From assembly GCA_938084645.1 (NCBI GenBank), contig CALKEP010000002.1, forward strand, positions 76,375-140,374: a stretch of DNA of 64,000 bases, read 5' to 3'. Positions 52,499-60,987 of the stretch are shown here, piece by piece. How positions within the stretch are numbered: the stretch's first letter is position 1; every line of letters begins with the position of its first letter. The notes below the pieces were generated by a model. That model was not told where the DNA came from. It saw nothing but the letters and a program-made list of their open reading frames with translations, and ran no database searches. A program made the position numbers and the translations under genes. Origin of the DNA: an uncultured Phycisphaerales bacterium. Its GTDB lineage: Bacteria; Planctomycetota; Phycisphaerae; Phycisphaerales; SM1A02.

Positions 52499-54655
52499 AT
52501 GCCCGGCCCGCAGCACCTGCAGTCCACCGCCAAGTCGCACCGGCTCGAGCACCGCCCCACCCTCGACCTGGGCCCGGCGATCTGCGCCGACGACGAGGCG
52601 TCGCGCCGACACGAGTGGCTCCTGACCAACGGCCGGGGCGGCTACGCCTGCGGCTCGATCGCCGGGGTGCTCGACCGTCGATATCACGCGGTGCTCGCCG
52701 CGGCGGTCGACCCGCCCGACACCCGTTCGGTGATCGTGGCGAAGCTCGACGAACGACTTCCCGCGTTCTGGACCCCGGACCGCACCCGTCTCACCGACCG
52801 CGATCCCGAGGACGATCCGACCTCCGACGACCTGACGTTGTCCTCGGACGTCTGGCAGGAGGGCGGGCTCGCGGGCTTCGGGCACCGCCACCTGATTCGT
52901 TGTCGCGCAAACGACGGCACCGTCGAGCACCAGTGGCTCTGCGGCCACACCCGGATCTCCCGTCGAATGGTGATGCCGCACGGCCACGAGGCGACCATCG
53001 TGGAGTACCGGGTCGAGGCGACCGACCGTCCGATTCGACTCGCGGTCAAGGTCGTCGGCGGCAACCGGCTTGCCGACCTGCTCGCGCCCGGGGCTTCCTG
53101 GGCGGCCCGCACGCTCGAACTTGAAGACACCGCGCTCCGACTTCGATTGCCCGAGAACAGGCACGGCGGAAGCGAACTCGACGTCTCGATCCGGGTCGCC
53201 GGCGGCCGACTCGCACCGGGCGACGACTGGTATCGCGGCTACCACCTCCAGACGGAGACTCGGCGGGGCTACGACGACGTCGACGACCATCTGTTGCTCG
53301 CCGAAGCGACCGCCGACCTCGCCGCAGGCGACGTGCTGCGGATCGAGCTCGCGGCGGGCGACGACGCCGGATTCGACTTCCGCGATCGCGATCCGTTCGC
53401 GGAGGAGACGGCGCGTCGTCGCGCACTGATCGAGCTCGCGCGGACCGGGCTCGACGCCGAACCGCCCCCGATCCACGAGACCCTGGTCGCCGCCGCCGAC
53501 CGCTTCGTGGTCGATCGCCCCACCCGGGACGGGCAGGGCAAGTCGATCATCGCGGGCTATCCGTGGTTCGCCGACTGGGGCCGGGACACCATGATCTCGA
53601 TTCCCGGAATCTGCCTCGCGACCGGCCGGGCGGAGATCGCCCGGGAGATCCTCGCCACCTTCGCGAGATTCGTCGACGGCGGAATGATCCCGAACCGTTT
53701 CCCCGGTCTCGGTCTTCCGCCCGAATACAACACCGCCGATGCGGCCCTGCTGTTCATCGAAGCCGTGGGCCGGACCTGGATCGCCTCGGGCGACGAGGGC
53801 GAGTCGACGGCGAACGCCTTCCTTCGCAGCCTCCTTCCAAGCGTCGACGAGATTCTCGACGCCCATCGCGCCGGGACCCGGCACGGCATCCGCATCGACC
53901 CTGCGGACGGCCTGCTCGACCAGGGCGAGGAGGGTCTGCAGCTCACCTGGATGGATGCCCGGATCGACGGCACGGTGGTGACGCCCCGGGCCGGCAAGGC
54001 GGTGGAACTCAACGCCCTGCTCCATTCCGCATGGCGATGGCGTGCCCGCTTCGCGGCGGCCTTCGGCGAGGACGGCACCCGGTTCACCGGCGCGGCCGAC
54101 CAGGTCCGGGCCTCCTTCGACCGCTTCTGGATGCCCGACCACGGTTATCTCGCCGACGTGGTCGACGGTCCGCACGGACTCGACGGCTCCCTTCGTCCGA
54201 ACCAGCTCTTCGCGACCGGCTGCGTCCACCCCCCGGTGACCGGAGATCGCGCCGCAAGCGTGCTCGAGACCTGTGATCGCGTGCTGCGGATTCCCACCGG
54301 GCTCCGGACCCTCGATCCCGCGGATCCGAGATACCAGCCCCGATACGAAGGCGATCAAGCGGCCCGCGATGCGGCGTATCACATGGGATCGAGCTGGCCG
54401 TGGCTGCTCGGCCCCTTCGTGCGGTCGCACCTGCGGGTCCATCGTGATCCCGATGCATTGCACGAGATTCTCTCGGGCATCGTCGACGAGTCCTCACGTC
54501 GCGTGATGGGCGGCATCGCCGAGGTGCACAGCGGCGATGCGCCGCACCGCGCCGGTGGATGCCTCAGCCAGGCCTGGAGCGTCGGCGAGATTCTCGCCGC
54601 ACTCCGACTCCTGATCGACCACCGCCGCGGCGTCGATTCCGATGCGTTCGCGTGA
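52499..54655 (+). CDS. Amylo-alpha-1,6-glucosidase (GDE_N/GDE_C glycogen debranching enzyme)
   Basis: EWLLTNGRGGYA, IIAGYPWFADWGRDTMIS, LTWMDA, LRPNQ and QAWSV. Confidence 0.9.
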   Translation: MPGPQHLQSTAKSHRLEHRPTLDLGPAICADDEASRRHEWLLTNGRGGYACGSIAGVLDRRYHAVLAAAVDPPDTRSVIVAKLDERLPAFWTPDRTRLTDRDPEDDPTSDDLTLSSDVWQEGGLAGFGHRHLIRCRANDGTVEHQWLCGHTRISRRMVMPHGHEATIVEYRVEATDRPIRLAVKVVGGNRLADLLAPGASWAARTLELEDTALRLRLPENRHGGSELDVSIRVAGGRLAPGDDWYRGYHLQTETRRGYDDVDDHLLLAEATADLAAGDVLRIELAAGDDAGFDFRDRDPFAEETARRRALIELARTGLDAEPPPIHETLVAAADRFVVDRPTRDGQGKSIIAGYPWFADWGRDTMISIPGICLATGRAEIAREILATFARFVDGGMIPNRFPGLGLPPEYNTADAALLFIEAVGRTWIASGDEGESTANAFLRSLLPSVDEILDAHRAGTRHGIRIDPADGLLDQGEEGLQLTWMDARIDGTVVTPRAGKAVELNALLHSAWRWRARFAAAFGEDGTRFTGAADQVRASFDRFWMPDHGYLADVVDGPHGLDGSLRPNQLFATGCVHPPVTGDRAASVLETCDRVLRIPTGLRTLDPADPRYQPRYEGDQAARDAAYHMGSSWPWLLGPFVRSHLRVHRDPDALHEILSGIVDESSRRVMGGIAEVHSGDAPHRAGGCLSQAWSVGEILAALRLLIDHRRGVDSDAFA

Positions 54656-54674
54656 CTCCAGCCCGAAAGCCCCC

Positions 54675-57365
54675 ATGACCACGCCTCCCGTCGAACACAC
54701 CGCCGCCCCGCACGCACCGACCGCCGAGGATGCCCGACTCGCCGACGCCGACGACATGGAATCGCCGTGGCGCCGCTGGGGCCCCTGGCTGAGCGAGCGC
54801 CAGTGGGGCACGGTGCGCGAGGACTATTCGCCGGACGGCGACGCCTGGGACTCCTTCTCGCATGACGCGGCCCGGAGTCGCGCGTATCGCTGGGGTGAGG
54901 ACGGCCTCGCGGGCTTCTGCGATCGATCCCAGCGGATCTGCCTCGGGCTCGCCCTCTGGAACGGTCGTGATCCCATCCTGAAGGAACGACTCTTCGGGTT
55001 GACCAACGGCCAGGGCAATCACGGCGAGGACGTGAAGGAGCAGTACTTCTTTCTCGACGCCACGCCCACCGCCTCGTATCTCCGGATGCTCTATCGATAT
55101 CCGCAGGCCGCGTTCCCCTACGAGGATCTCGTCGAGACCAATGCCGCGCGGGGCGTCGAAGATCGCGAGTACGAACTCGTCGACACCGGCGTCTTCGACG
55201 AGAACCGGTTCTTCGACGTCCAGGTCGAATACGCCAAGGCCGACGCCGAGGACATCCTGCTCCGAGTCGAGGTCACCAACCACGGCCCGGAGCCGTCGAC
55301 CCTGCATCTCGTTCCGCAGGCGTGGTTCCGGAACACCTGGTCGTGGGGAGCGGACGCCGGACGCCCGACCATGAAGACGGGCGAGGACGGGTCGATCGAC
55401 GTCGTCCACCCGGAGGTCGGCTCGTACCGCCTCGAATTCACCGAGGACGCGACGCCGCTCTTCTGCGAGAACGAGACGAACTTCCCGAAGGTCTTCGGCT
55501 CGAAGGCGATCTGTCCGCACCCGAAGGACGCGATCCACGACGCGATCGTCGATGGTCGCCCGGAGGCGGTGAATCCCGAGGGACACGGGACGAAGGTCGG
55601 GCTGCACCATGTGCTGGAGGTACCCGCGAACGGCACCGCCACGGTCCGGATCCGTCTCGCGCCGGTGGAGGCGACGCCAGGACTCGCGGACGTCGACGAG
55701 ACCATCGATCGTCGACGCGCCGAATGCGACGCGTTCCACCTCCCGCACGAGGAGAAGTGCGAATCCGACGACGCCCGGGGGATCCTCCGCCAGGCGCACG
55801 CCGGCATGATCTGGGGCTGCCAGTTCTACAACTACGACGTCCGTCGCTGGCTCGAGGGCGATCCCGGACAACCGCCGCCGCCGCGTGGTCACAAGAACGG
55901 ACGCAATCACGAGTGGACGCACATCGCCAACCATGACGTGCTCTCGATGCCGGATGCGTGGGAGTATCCCTGGTACGCGACCTGGGACAGCGCGTTCCAG
56001 GCGGTGACGTTCGCCGCGATCGATCCCGCCTTCGCGAAGCGACAACTGCTGCTCTTCGTCGACGACCGCTACATGCATCCCAACGGCGAACTGCCCGCCT
56101 ACGAGTGGGCGTTCGGGGATGTGAATCCGCCGGTGCATGCGTGGGCGGCATGGCGAACCTTCCAGATCGAGCGACACGCGAAGGGCGGCGACGGCGATCT
56201 CGACTTCCTCAAGCGGATCTTCCATCGCCTGCTCCTGAACTTCGCGTGGTGGGTGAACCGCAAGGACGCCGAGGGCCACAACATCTTCGACGGTGGATTC
56301 CTCGGTCTCGACAACATCGGCGCGTTCGACCGGAGCGCTCCCCTTCCCGACGGCTGGCGGCTGCAGCAGGCGGACGCGACCAGCTGGGTCGCCGCCTTCG
56401 CCCTGAAGATGATGCGGATCGCCCTCGAACTCGCGCTCCACGACCCGGTCTACCAGGACCTCGCCGGCAAGTTCTTCCTCCACTTCCTGGAGATCGCCCG
56501 GGCCATGACCTCGGTCGCCGACTCCGGCACCGGGCTCTGGGACGAGGACGACAAGTTCTACTTCGACACCCTCGTCGATCCCGAGGGGAAACCCCACCCC
56601 CTGCGCATCTTCTCGCTGGTGGGCCTGATCCCGCTCATCGCGGTGGAGACCATCGAGCCCGAGATCCTCGAACGCCTTCCGGAGTTCGGCGCCACCGTCG
56701 AACGGACGCTCTCCGAGAATCCCGAGATGGCGTCGCTGGTGAGTCGCTGGTCGGTACCCGGTCGCGGCGATCGCCGCCTCCTCTCGCTCCTCCGAGGTCA
56801 CCGCATGAAGTGCCTGTTCCGCGTCGCGTTCGACGAGGACCGGATGCTCGCGCCGAACGGCATTCGATCGGTGAGTCGCGAGCATCTCGAGGAACCGTTC
56901 CGCATGGAGCTCGCCGGCCGGCAGCTTCAGGTCGACTATGAGCCGGCCGAGAGCCGGACGCCGCTCTTCGGCGGAAACTCCAACTGGCGAGGCCCGGTCT
57001 GGTTCCCGTTGAACGTCCTGCTGCTCGAAGCGATGCTGAAGTTCCATCACTACTACGGCGACGACTTCAAGATCGAGTTCCCGAGCGGTGGCGAGACCAC
57101 GAACATCGCCGCCGCCGCGCAGCGTGTTCGGAGACGACTGGTCGACCTCTTCCTCCGAGACGCCGGCGGCCACCGTCCGCTCTTCGGGGAGGACCCTCGA
57201 TTCACCGATCCGACCTGGAACGGGCACCTTCCATTCCACGAGTACTTCTGCGGGGAGACCGGACGAGGCTGCGGCGCGATGCACCAGACCGGATGGACGG
57301 GGCTCGTCGCTCGGCTGCTCGACCCCGGAAGTCTTCAGGAAGTCCGTTCCGACCTCCTGGACTGA
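54675..57365 (+). CDS. GH63/MGH1-like glycoside hydrolase
   Basis: WGPWLSERQWGTVREDYS, WEYPWYATWD, YEWAFGDVNPPVH, GLDN, GGNSNWRGPVW and HQTGWTG. Confidence 0.88.
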   Translation: MTTPPVEHTAAPHAPTAEDARLADADDMESPWRRWGPWLSERQWGTVREDYSPDGDAWDSFSHDAARSRAYRWGEDGLAGFCDRSQRICLGLALWNGRDPILKERLFGLTNGQGNHGEDVKEQYFFLDATPTASYLRMLYRYPQAAFPYEDLVETNAARGVEDREYELVDTGVFDENRFFDVQVEYAKADAEDILLRVEVTNHGPEPSTLHLVPQAWFRNTWSWGADAGRPTMKTGEDGSIDVVHPEVGSYRLEFTEDATPLFCENETNFPKVFGSKAICPHPKDAIHDAIVDGRPEAVNPEGHGTKVGLHHVLEVPANGTATVRIRLAPVEATPGLADVDETIDRRRAECDAFHLPHEEKCESDDARGILRQAHAGMIWGCQFYNYDVRRWLEGDPGQPPPPRGHKNGRNHEWTHIANHDVLSMPDAWEYPWYATWDSAFQAVTFAAIDPAFAKRQLLLFVDDRYMHPNGELPAYEWAFGDVNPPVHAWAAWRTFQIERHAKGGDGDLDFLKRIFHRLLLNFAWWVNRKDAEGHNIFDGGFLGLDNIGAFDRSAPLPDGWRLQQADATSWVAAFALKMMRIALELALHDPVYQDLAGKFFLHFLEIARAMTSVADSGTGLWDEDDKFYFDTLVDPEGKPHPLRIFSLVGLIPLIAVETIEPEILERLPEFGATVERTLSENPEMASLVSRWSVPGRGDRRLLSLLRGHRMKCLFRVAFDEDRMLAPNGIRSVSREHLEEPFRMELAGRQLQVDYEPAESRTPLFGGNSNWRGPVWFPLNVLLLEAMLKFHHYYGDDFKIEFPSGGETTNIAAAAQRVRRRLVDLFLRDAGGHRPLFGEDPRFTDPTWNGHLPFHEYFCGETGRGCGAMHQTGWTGLVARLLDPGSLQEVRSDLLD

Positions 57366-57424
57366 ACGTTCGTTGGTCCGAAAACTCCTCGAAGCGACGA
57401 ACCACCACCTCTTCAGGACCGTAT

Positions 57425-57740
57425 GGGCGTGGTCGAGGTCTCACCTCGTCGACAGGGACCCGCCTTCCGGGGGTCCTTCAAGGATGGTGATCGCATGCCC
57501 CCCACCGGCATGTGATGACCGACGGGTCCACCACTCCGACTGCCTGCGGAGTGGTGGCCCACTCCTTGATATCGACACGGAAACGCCGAAACGTCCGCCC
57601 GGCGGTCGCCACCGCCCCGTTCAAGGCCGAACCCCCATCGGACCGGGGTGAGCGGTTGAACGCGCCGGGCTCGATGCCTTCGAGGGCCTCCCGGACGCCC
57701 CCGACCCACCGGCCCCCTGCATGACGGCCTCACCCCGTGA
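57425..57740. ncRNA. Candidate structured RNA region (nested hairpins plus tRNA-Ser-like segment); strand unresolved
   Basis: About 535-bp gap without a credible ORF; TCAAGGA/TCCTTGA encloses two hairpins; 22/25-nt match to the tRNA-Ser 1360 bp downstream. Confidence 0.35.
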
Positions 57741-57902
57741 CGCGTCCGGGATCGCTTTCCCTCGAACCCCGGGCTCGCACGAAAAAGCACCCGCGAATTG
57801 ATCGAAGACTGCTGGCGGTTCACTCGACGAAACCCGATGATGCCGCGCCGCGATCGTGGTTCACATCGAACCCCGAGAGGCCGGCGATCAGGAGCACGCG
57901 TG

Positions 57903-58853
57903 ATGCGAGGTTGCATCCTCTACAAACGATCCGGTTCCCAGATTCCGCCGGAGGCCTACGAGATCCGGCGTCTCCTCGAGGAGGCGGCCGGACTTGGAAT
58001 CGACCTGACCGTCTCTGCGCCCGAGCAGTTCGATCTCGTGGTCACCCGCGACGACCGGAAGAGCGTTCGGATCGATGGCGAGGTTCGCCCCCTGCCGGAC
58101 TTCCTCCTGCCGCGAATGGGCAGCGGGACCACGTACTTCGCGCTGGCCGTCATGCGGCACCTCGAGCGTCTCGGGGTGCAGCCACTGAACTCCTCGGAGT
58201 CGATCGAGATCGTCAAGGACAAACTCTGGTCGATTCAGGTGCTTGCCGCGAGCCAGTTGCCGATCGCCAAGACGATCCTCGTGAAGCAACCTTTCGATGC
58301 GGAGCTCGCGAAGACCTACCTCGGCTTCCCGCTGGTGGTGAAGGCCCTCTCCGGTTCGCACGGCCGCGGGGTCTTTCTCTGCGAGGACGAGCAGCGACTC
58401 GACGACATCATGGGCCTGGTCGCCTCCACCGGAAACGTCAACCTCATCCTGCAGGAGTACATCGAGACGAGCCGAGGACGGGACCTCCGTGTCATCACCG
58501 TCGGCGGACGAGCGATCGGAGCGATGCTGCGGCAGTCGACCGACGGTTCCTTCAAGGCCAACATCTCGCGCGGGGGATTCGGCGAGCCCTTCCCGCTCAC
58601 GCCCGAGATCGAGTGGCTCGCCACGGAAGCGGCGCGGGTGGTCGGGCTCGACATCGCCGGCATCGATCTCCTCTTCGACGGCGATCACTTCCGCATCTGC
58701 GAGGCGAACAGCTCACCGGGCTTCGAGGGATTCGAGCCCGCGACCGGAATCAACGTCGCGCGACAGATCCTCGAGTTCGCCGCGGTTCGACTCGGCCGCA
58801 TCGACGCGATCGCGGGCTCGAAGCGGACGAGCATCGCGGACCAGCCCGGGTAG
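57903..58853 (+). CDS. RimK-family ATP-grasp alpha-L-glutamate ligase
   Basis: LLPRMGSG, KDKLWSIQVL, PLVVK, GSHGRGV, LQEYI, DLRV, FKANISRGG and CEANSSPGFEG; AGGAG SD. Confidence 0.92.
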   Translation: MRGCILYKRSGSQIPPEAYEIRRLLEEAAGLGIDLTVSAPEQFDLVVTRDDRKSVRIDGEVRPLPDFLLPRMGSGTTYFALAVMRHLERLGVQPLNSSESIEIVKDKLWSIQVLAASQLPIAKTILVKQPFDAELAKTYLGFPLVVKALSGSHGRGVFLCEDEQRLDDIMGLVASTGNVNLILQEYIETSRGRDLRVITVGGRAIGAMLRQSTDGSFKANISRGGFGEPFPLTPEIEWLATEAARVVGLDIAGIDLLFDGDHFRICEANSSPGFEGFEPATGINVARQILEFAAVRLGRIDAIAGSKRTSIADQPG

Positions 58854-58997
58854 GCGTTGCAATCGAGGGGAAGGGCGGATCAGGGATGATCCGCCCGGAG
58901 CCGCGGCGGTTCGATTCATGCGGGTCACCTTGCGAAAACGACCCCCGTGGTGCGGTTACGATGCCCACGGACGCGACACCGCGTACATTGCTCACCG

Positions 58998-59084
58998 GGT
59001 GAGGTGGCGGAGCGGTTGAACGCACCGGTCTTGAAAACCGGCGTGGCCTTCGGGTCACCGTGGGTTCGAATCCCACCCTCACCG
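58998..59084 (+). tRNA. tRNA-Ser (anticodon TGA); CCA not encoded
   Basis: GGTGAGG/CCTCACC acceptor, G discriminator, CCGGT-CTTGAAA-ACCGG arm, long variable arm, GGTTCGAATCC. Confidence 0.97.
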
Positions 59085-59142
59085 TTGAATGCATCGATCG
59101 GCCTGAGGAACGACAGGTCGAGGAGAGAGGAATCGCTGCTGC

Positions 59143-60435
59143 ATGCCGGATATCAAGCTGTCGCCAGAAACCCCGTCGGCCCGAGGCTTCTTCACGATCG
59201 CGGGCCAGCAGTTCCTCGGGATCGCCCTCGGCATCGGTGTCTGGATCATGCTCGCACGCATGCTTCCCATTTCGGAGTTCGGCGAGTTCACGGCCGCGTT
59301 CGGCCTTGCGATGCTCGGCGGGGCCTTCGCGAATCTTGGACTCCCCCAGTACGTCATGCTGCCGTTCCGCAAGGCGATCAGCAGTGGCGACTTCAACATC
59401 GCCCGCGGAATCCGACGCGTGATGCCCTGGCTGCTGATCGGTTCGGGCTGCATCGCCTACGGCGTCATCATCGGTGTGAAGGAAGTGCTCGGAACGGACT
59501 GCTCGCCACGCGAGCAGAGCGTCACGACCGTGCTCGCCCTGCTGCCGCTCACGGTCCTGATGCGGTATCTCGCCGCGACGGCGCAGGCCCACGGTGCACC
59601 GGGGCGGGCGATGTTCCTGACCGGACCCGGTCAGTTCCTGCTCATCGCCCTCGGCCTCTGGCGAGCCTGGAGTCGAAAGGGGGAGGAAGTCTGCATCCTC
59701 GATGTCGCGACCGGTTGGGTGGCCGCGTCGCTCCTGATCTGCATCGCGCTCTGGTATCTGAACCTGCTGGTGGAGGACGAAGCCTTCAAACGCGGCAAGA
59801 GGACGGTTCCGTGGCGAAAGATGGTTCGCGGTTCCTTCCCGTTCTTCCTGAGCGGCCTCGGCGGCATGCTGCTCGTCCAGGCACCGTTCCCGATCCTCGG
59901 CTGGATCTGTGACGAAGGGAGGCAGGCTGCGATCTTCGCCGCCGCGGATCGGCTCGCCAAGATGCTCATGGTCGCGTATTTCGCGGGAACCGCGTTGTTT
60001 CTTCCCCTTCTCGCAGATGCGATCCAGTCGGGGAATCAGGAGTACTACCGCCGACTGATCCGGCGTTGGTTCTCCCTGGTCGGCGGGTCCGGCCTTCTGA
60101 TCTTCGGCATCCTCGCGGTCTTCGGCCCTTCACTTCTCGGGCTCTACGGCGACGCCTATCAGGCGTCCTATCCCATCCTGCTGGTGGCCGGGACCTCGTT
60201 GTTGTTCACGGTGGCGACCGGCATCTTCCTGAGGGTGCTTCAATACGGTGGAGCAGGCATGGCGTCGACGCTGATCTGCGTGGCCGCTTCGCTGGTCGGG
60301 GTCGCGGGCATGATCGGGCTCGGTTTGATCTGGGGGGCGATGGGCGTCGCGATCGCCCAAGCGGTCGCCTTCGTCGGGATGTATCTGATGCTGACCTTGA
60401 AGGCCAGGACCCTGATCCAGCCCGAGGCTGGCTGA
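59143..60435 (+). CDS. Wzx-like polysaccharide flippase (MOP superfamily)
   Basis: About 12 TM; LARML..SEFGEF, AIFAAADRL and WGAMGVAIA patterns. Confidence 0.8.
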   Translation: MPDIKLSPETPSARGFFTIAGQQFLGIALGIGVWIMLARMLPISEFGEFTAAFGLAMLGGAFANLGLPQYVMLPFRKAISSGDFNIARGIRRVMPWLLIGSGCIAYGVIIGVKEVLGTDCSPREQSVTTVLALLPLTVLMRYLAATAQAHGAPGRAMFLTGPGQFLLIALGLWRAWSRKGEEVCILDVATGWVAASLLICIALWYLNLLVEDEAFKRGKRTVPWRKMVRGSFPFFLSGLGGMLLVQAPFPILGWICDEGRQAAIFAAADRLAKMLMVAYFAGTALFLPLLADAIQSGNQEYYRRLIRRWFSLVGGSGLLIFGILAVFGPSLLGLYGDAYQASYPILLVAGTSLLFTVATGIFLRVLQYGGAGMASTLICVAASLVGVAGMIGLGLIWGAMGVAIAQAVAFVGMYLMLTLKARTLIQPEAG

Positions 60436-60447
60436 CGTCGATCGGAC

Positions 60448-60499
60448 ATCGAAGAACACCGCCCCGGACGATCAACGTCGTCCGGGGCGGTTCTTCGAT
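60448..60499. terminator. Long inverted repeat between convergent genes
   Basis: ATCGAAGAA(ca)CCGCCCCGGACGA / TCGTCCGGGGCGGTTCTTCGAT, 22 bp with a 2-nt bulge. Confidence 0.7.
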
Positions 60500-60585
60500 A
60501 GGGGATCTTCCGTTCGGACCGACTCCCGGGACCGCGGCGCGATCGCCGCGTCATCGACACCTCGACGCCCGACGCGCAACGGCGA

Positions 60586-60831
60586 TCAGACGGCCGCAGG
60601 AACAACCGCTTCCCAGCCCTCGCCGGCGTGGACCAGACGGCCGTTCTCGAGCAACATGACGAATTCGCCACCGCCTTCGGTCTCCGTCGCGATCAGGAAG
60701 GTCGATTCCTCGCAACCGCCCGCGACCGCGGCCGCCGATTCGCAGTGGACCACCGCCGCGGAAAGGCTCCGGTACACCCCGGCCAGCGACCAGTCATTGT
60801 CCGAACCCTGCTTCTGCACCCGATAGGTCAT
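60586..60831 (-). CDS. Small hypothetical protein
   Basis: Protein-like composition (MTYRVQKQG...VMLLENGRLVHAG); AAGGG upstream; ends near the inverted repeat. Confidence 0.5.
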   Translation of the reverse strand: MTYRVQKQGSDNDWSLAGVYRSLSAAVVHCESAAAVAGGCEESTFLIATETEGGGEFVMLLENGRLVHAGEGWEAVVPAAV

Positions 60832-60987
60832 GGTGATCATCCCTTGATTTTCTGGAAGGCGAACGACGCGACACACGCCGACGCGAACGGTACGTCACGC
60901 AGGCCCGCGGGTTGATGGGGCGTCCTCCCACTCTTCGCGTTCATCGATGGGGCGTCGTCGATGTCCCGGCCCGACCGCCCACGGGGG

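Noticed and set aside
57400..57440. Minus-strand CATACGGTCCTGAAGAGG resembling the 3' half of group II intron domain V
   Set aside because: The 5' strand of domain V with the catalytic triad is absent, and there is no RT/maturase.
57520..57660. Permuted tmRNA (TCCACCA followed by GGGGTGA)
   Set aside because: No T-arm before the CCA, no valid G3-U acceptor stem and no tag frame; TCCACCA is part of a local hairpin.
58991..59084. CTCACCG repeated at both ends of tRNA-Ser as a target-site duplication
   Set aside because: Only 7 bp, and no mobile element is present.
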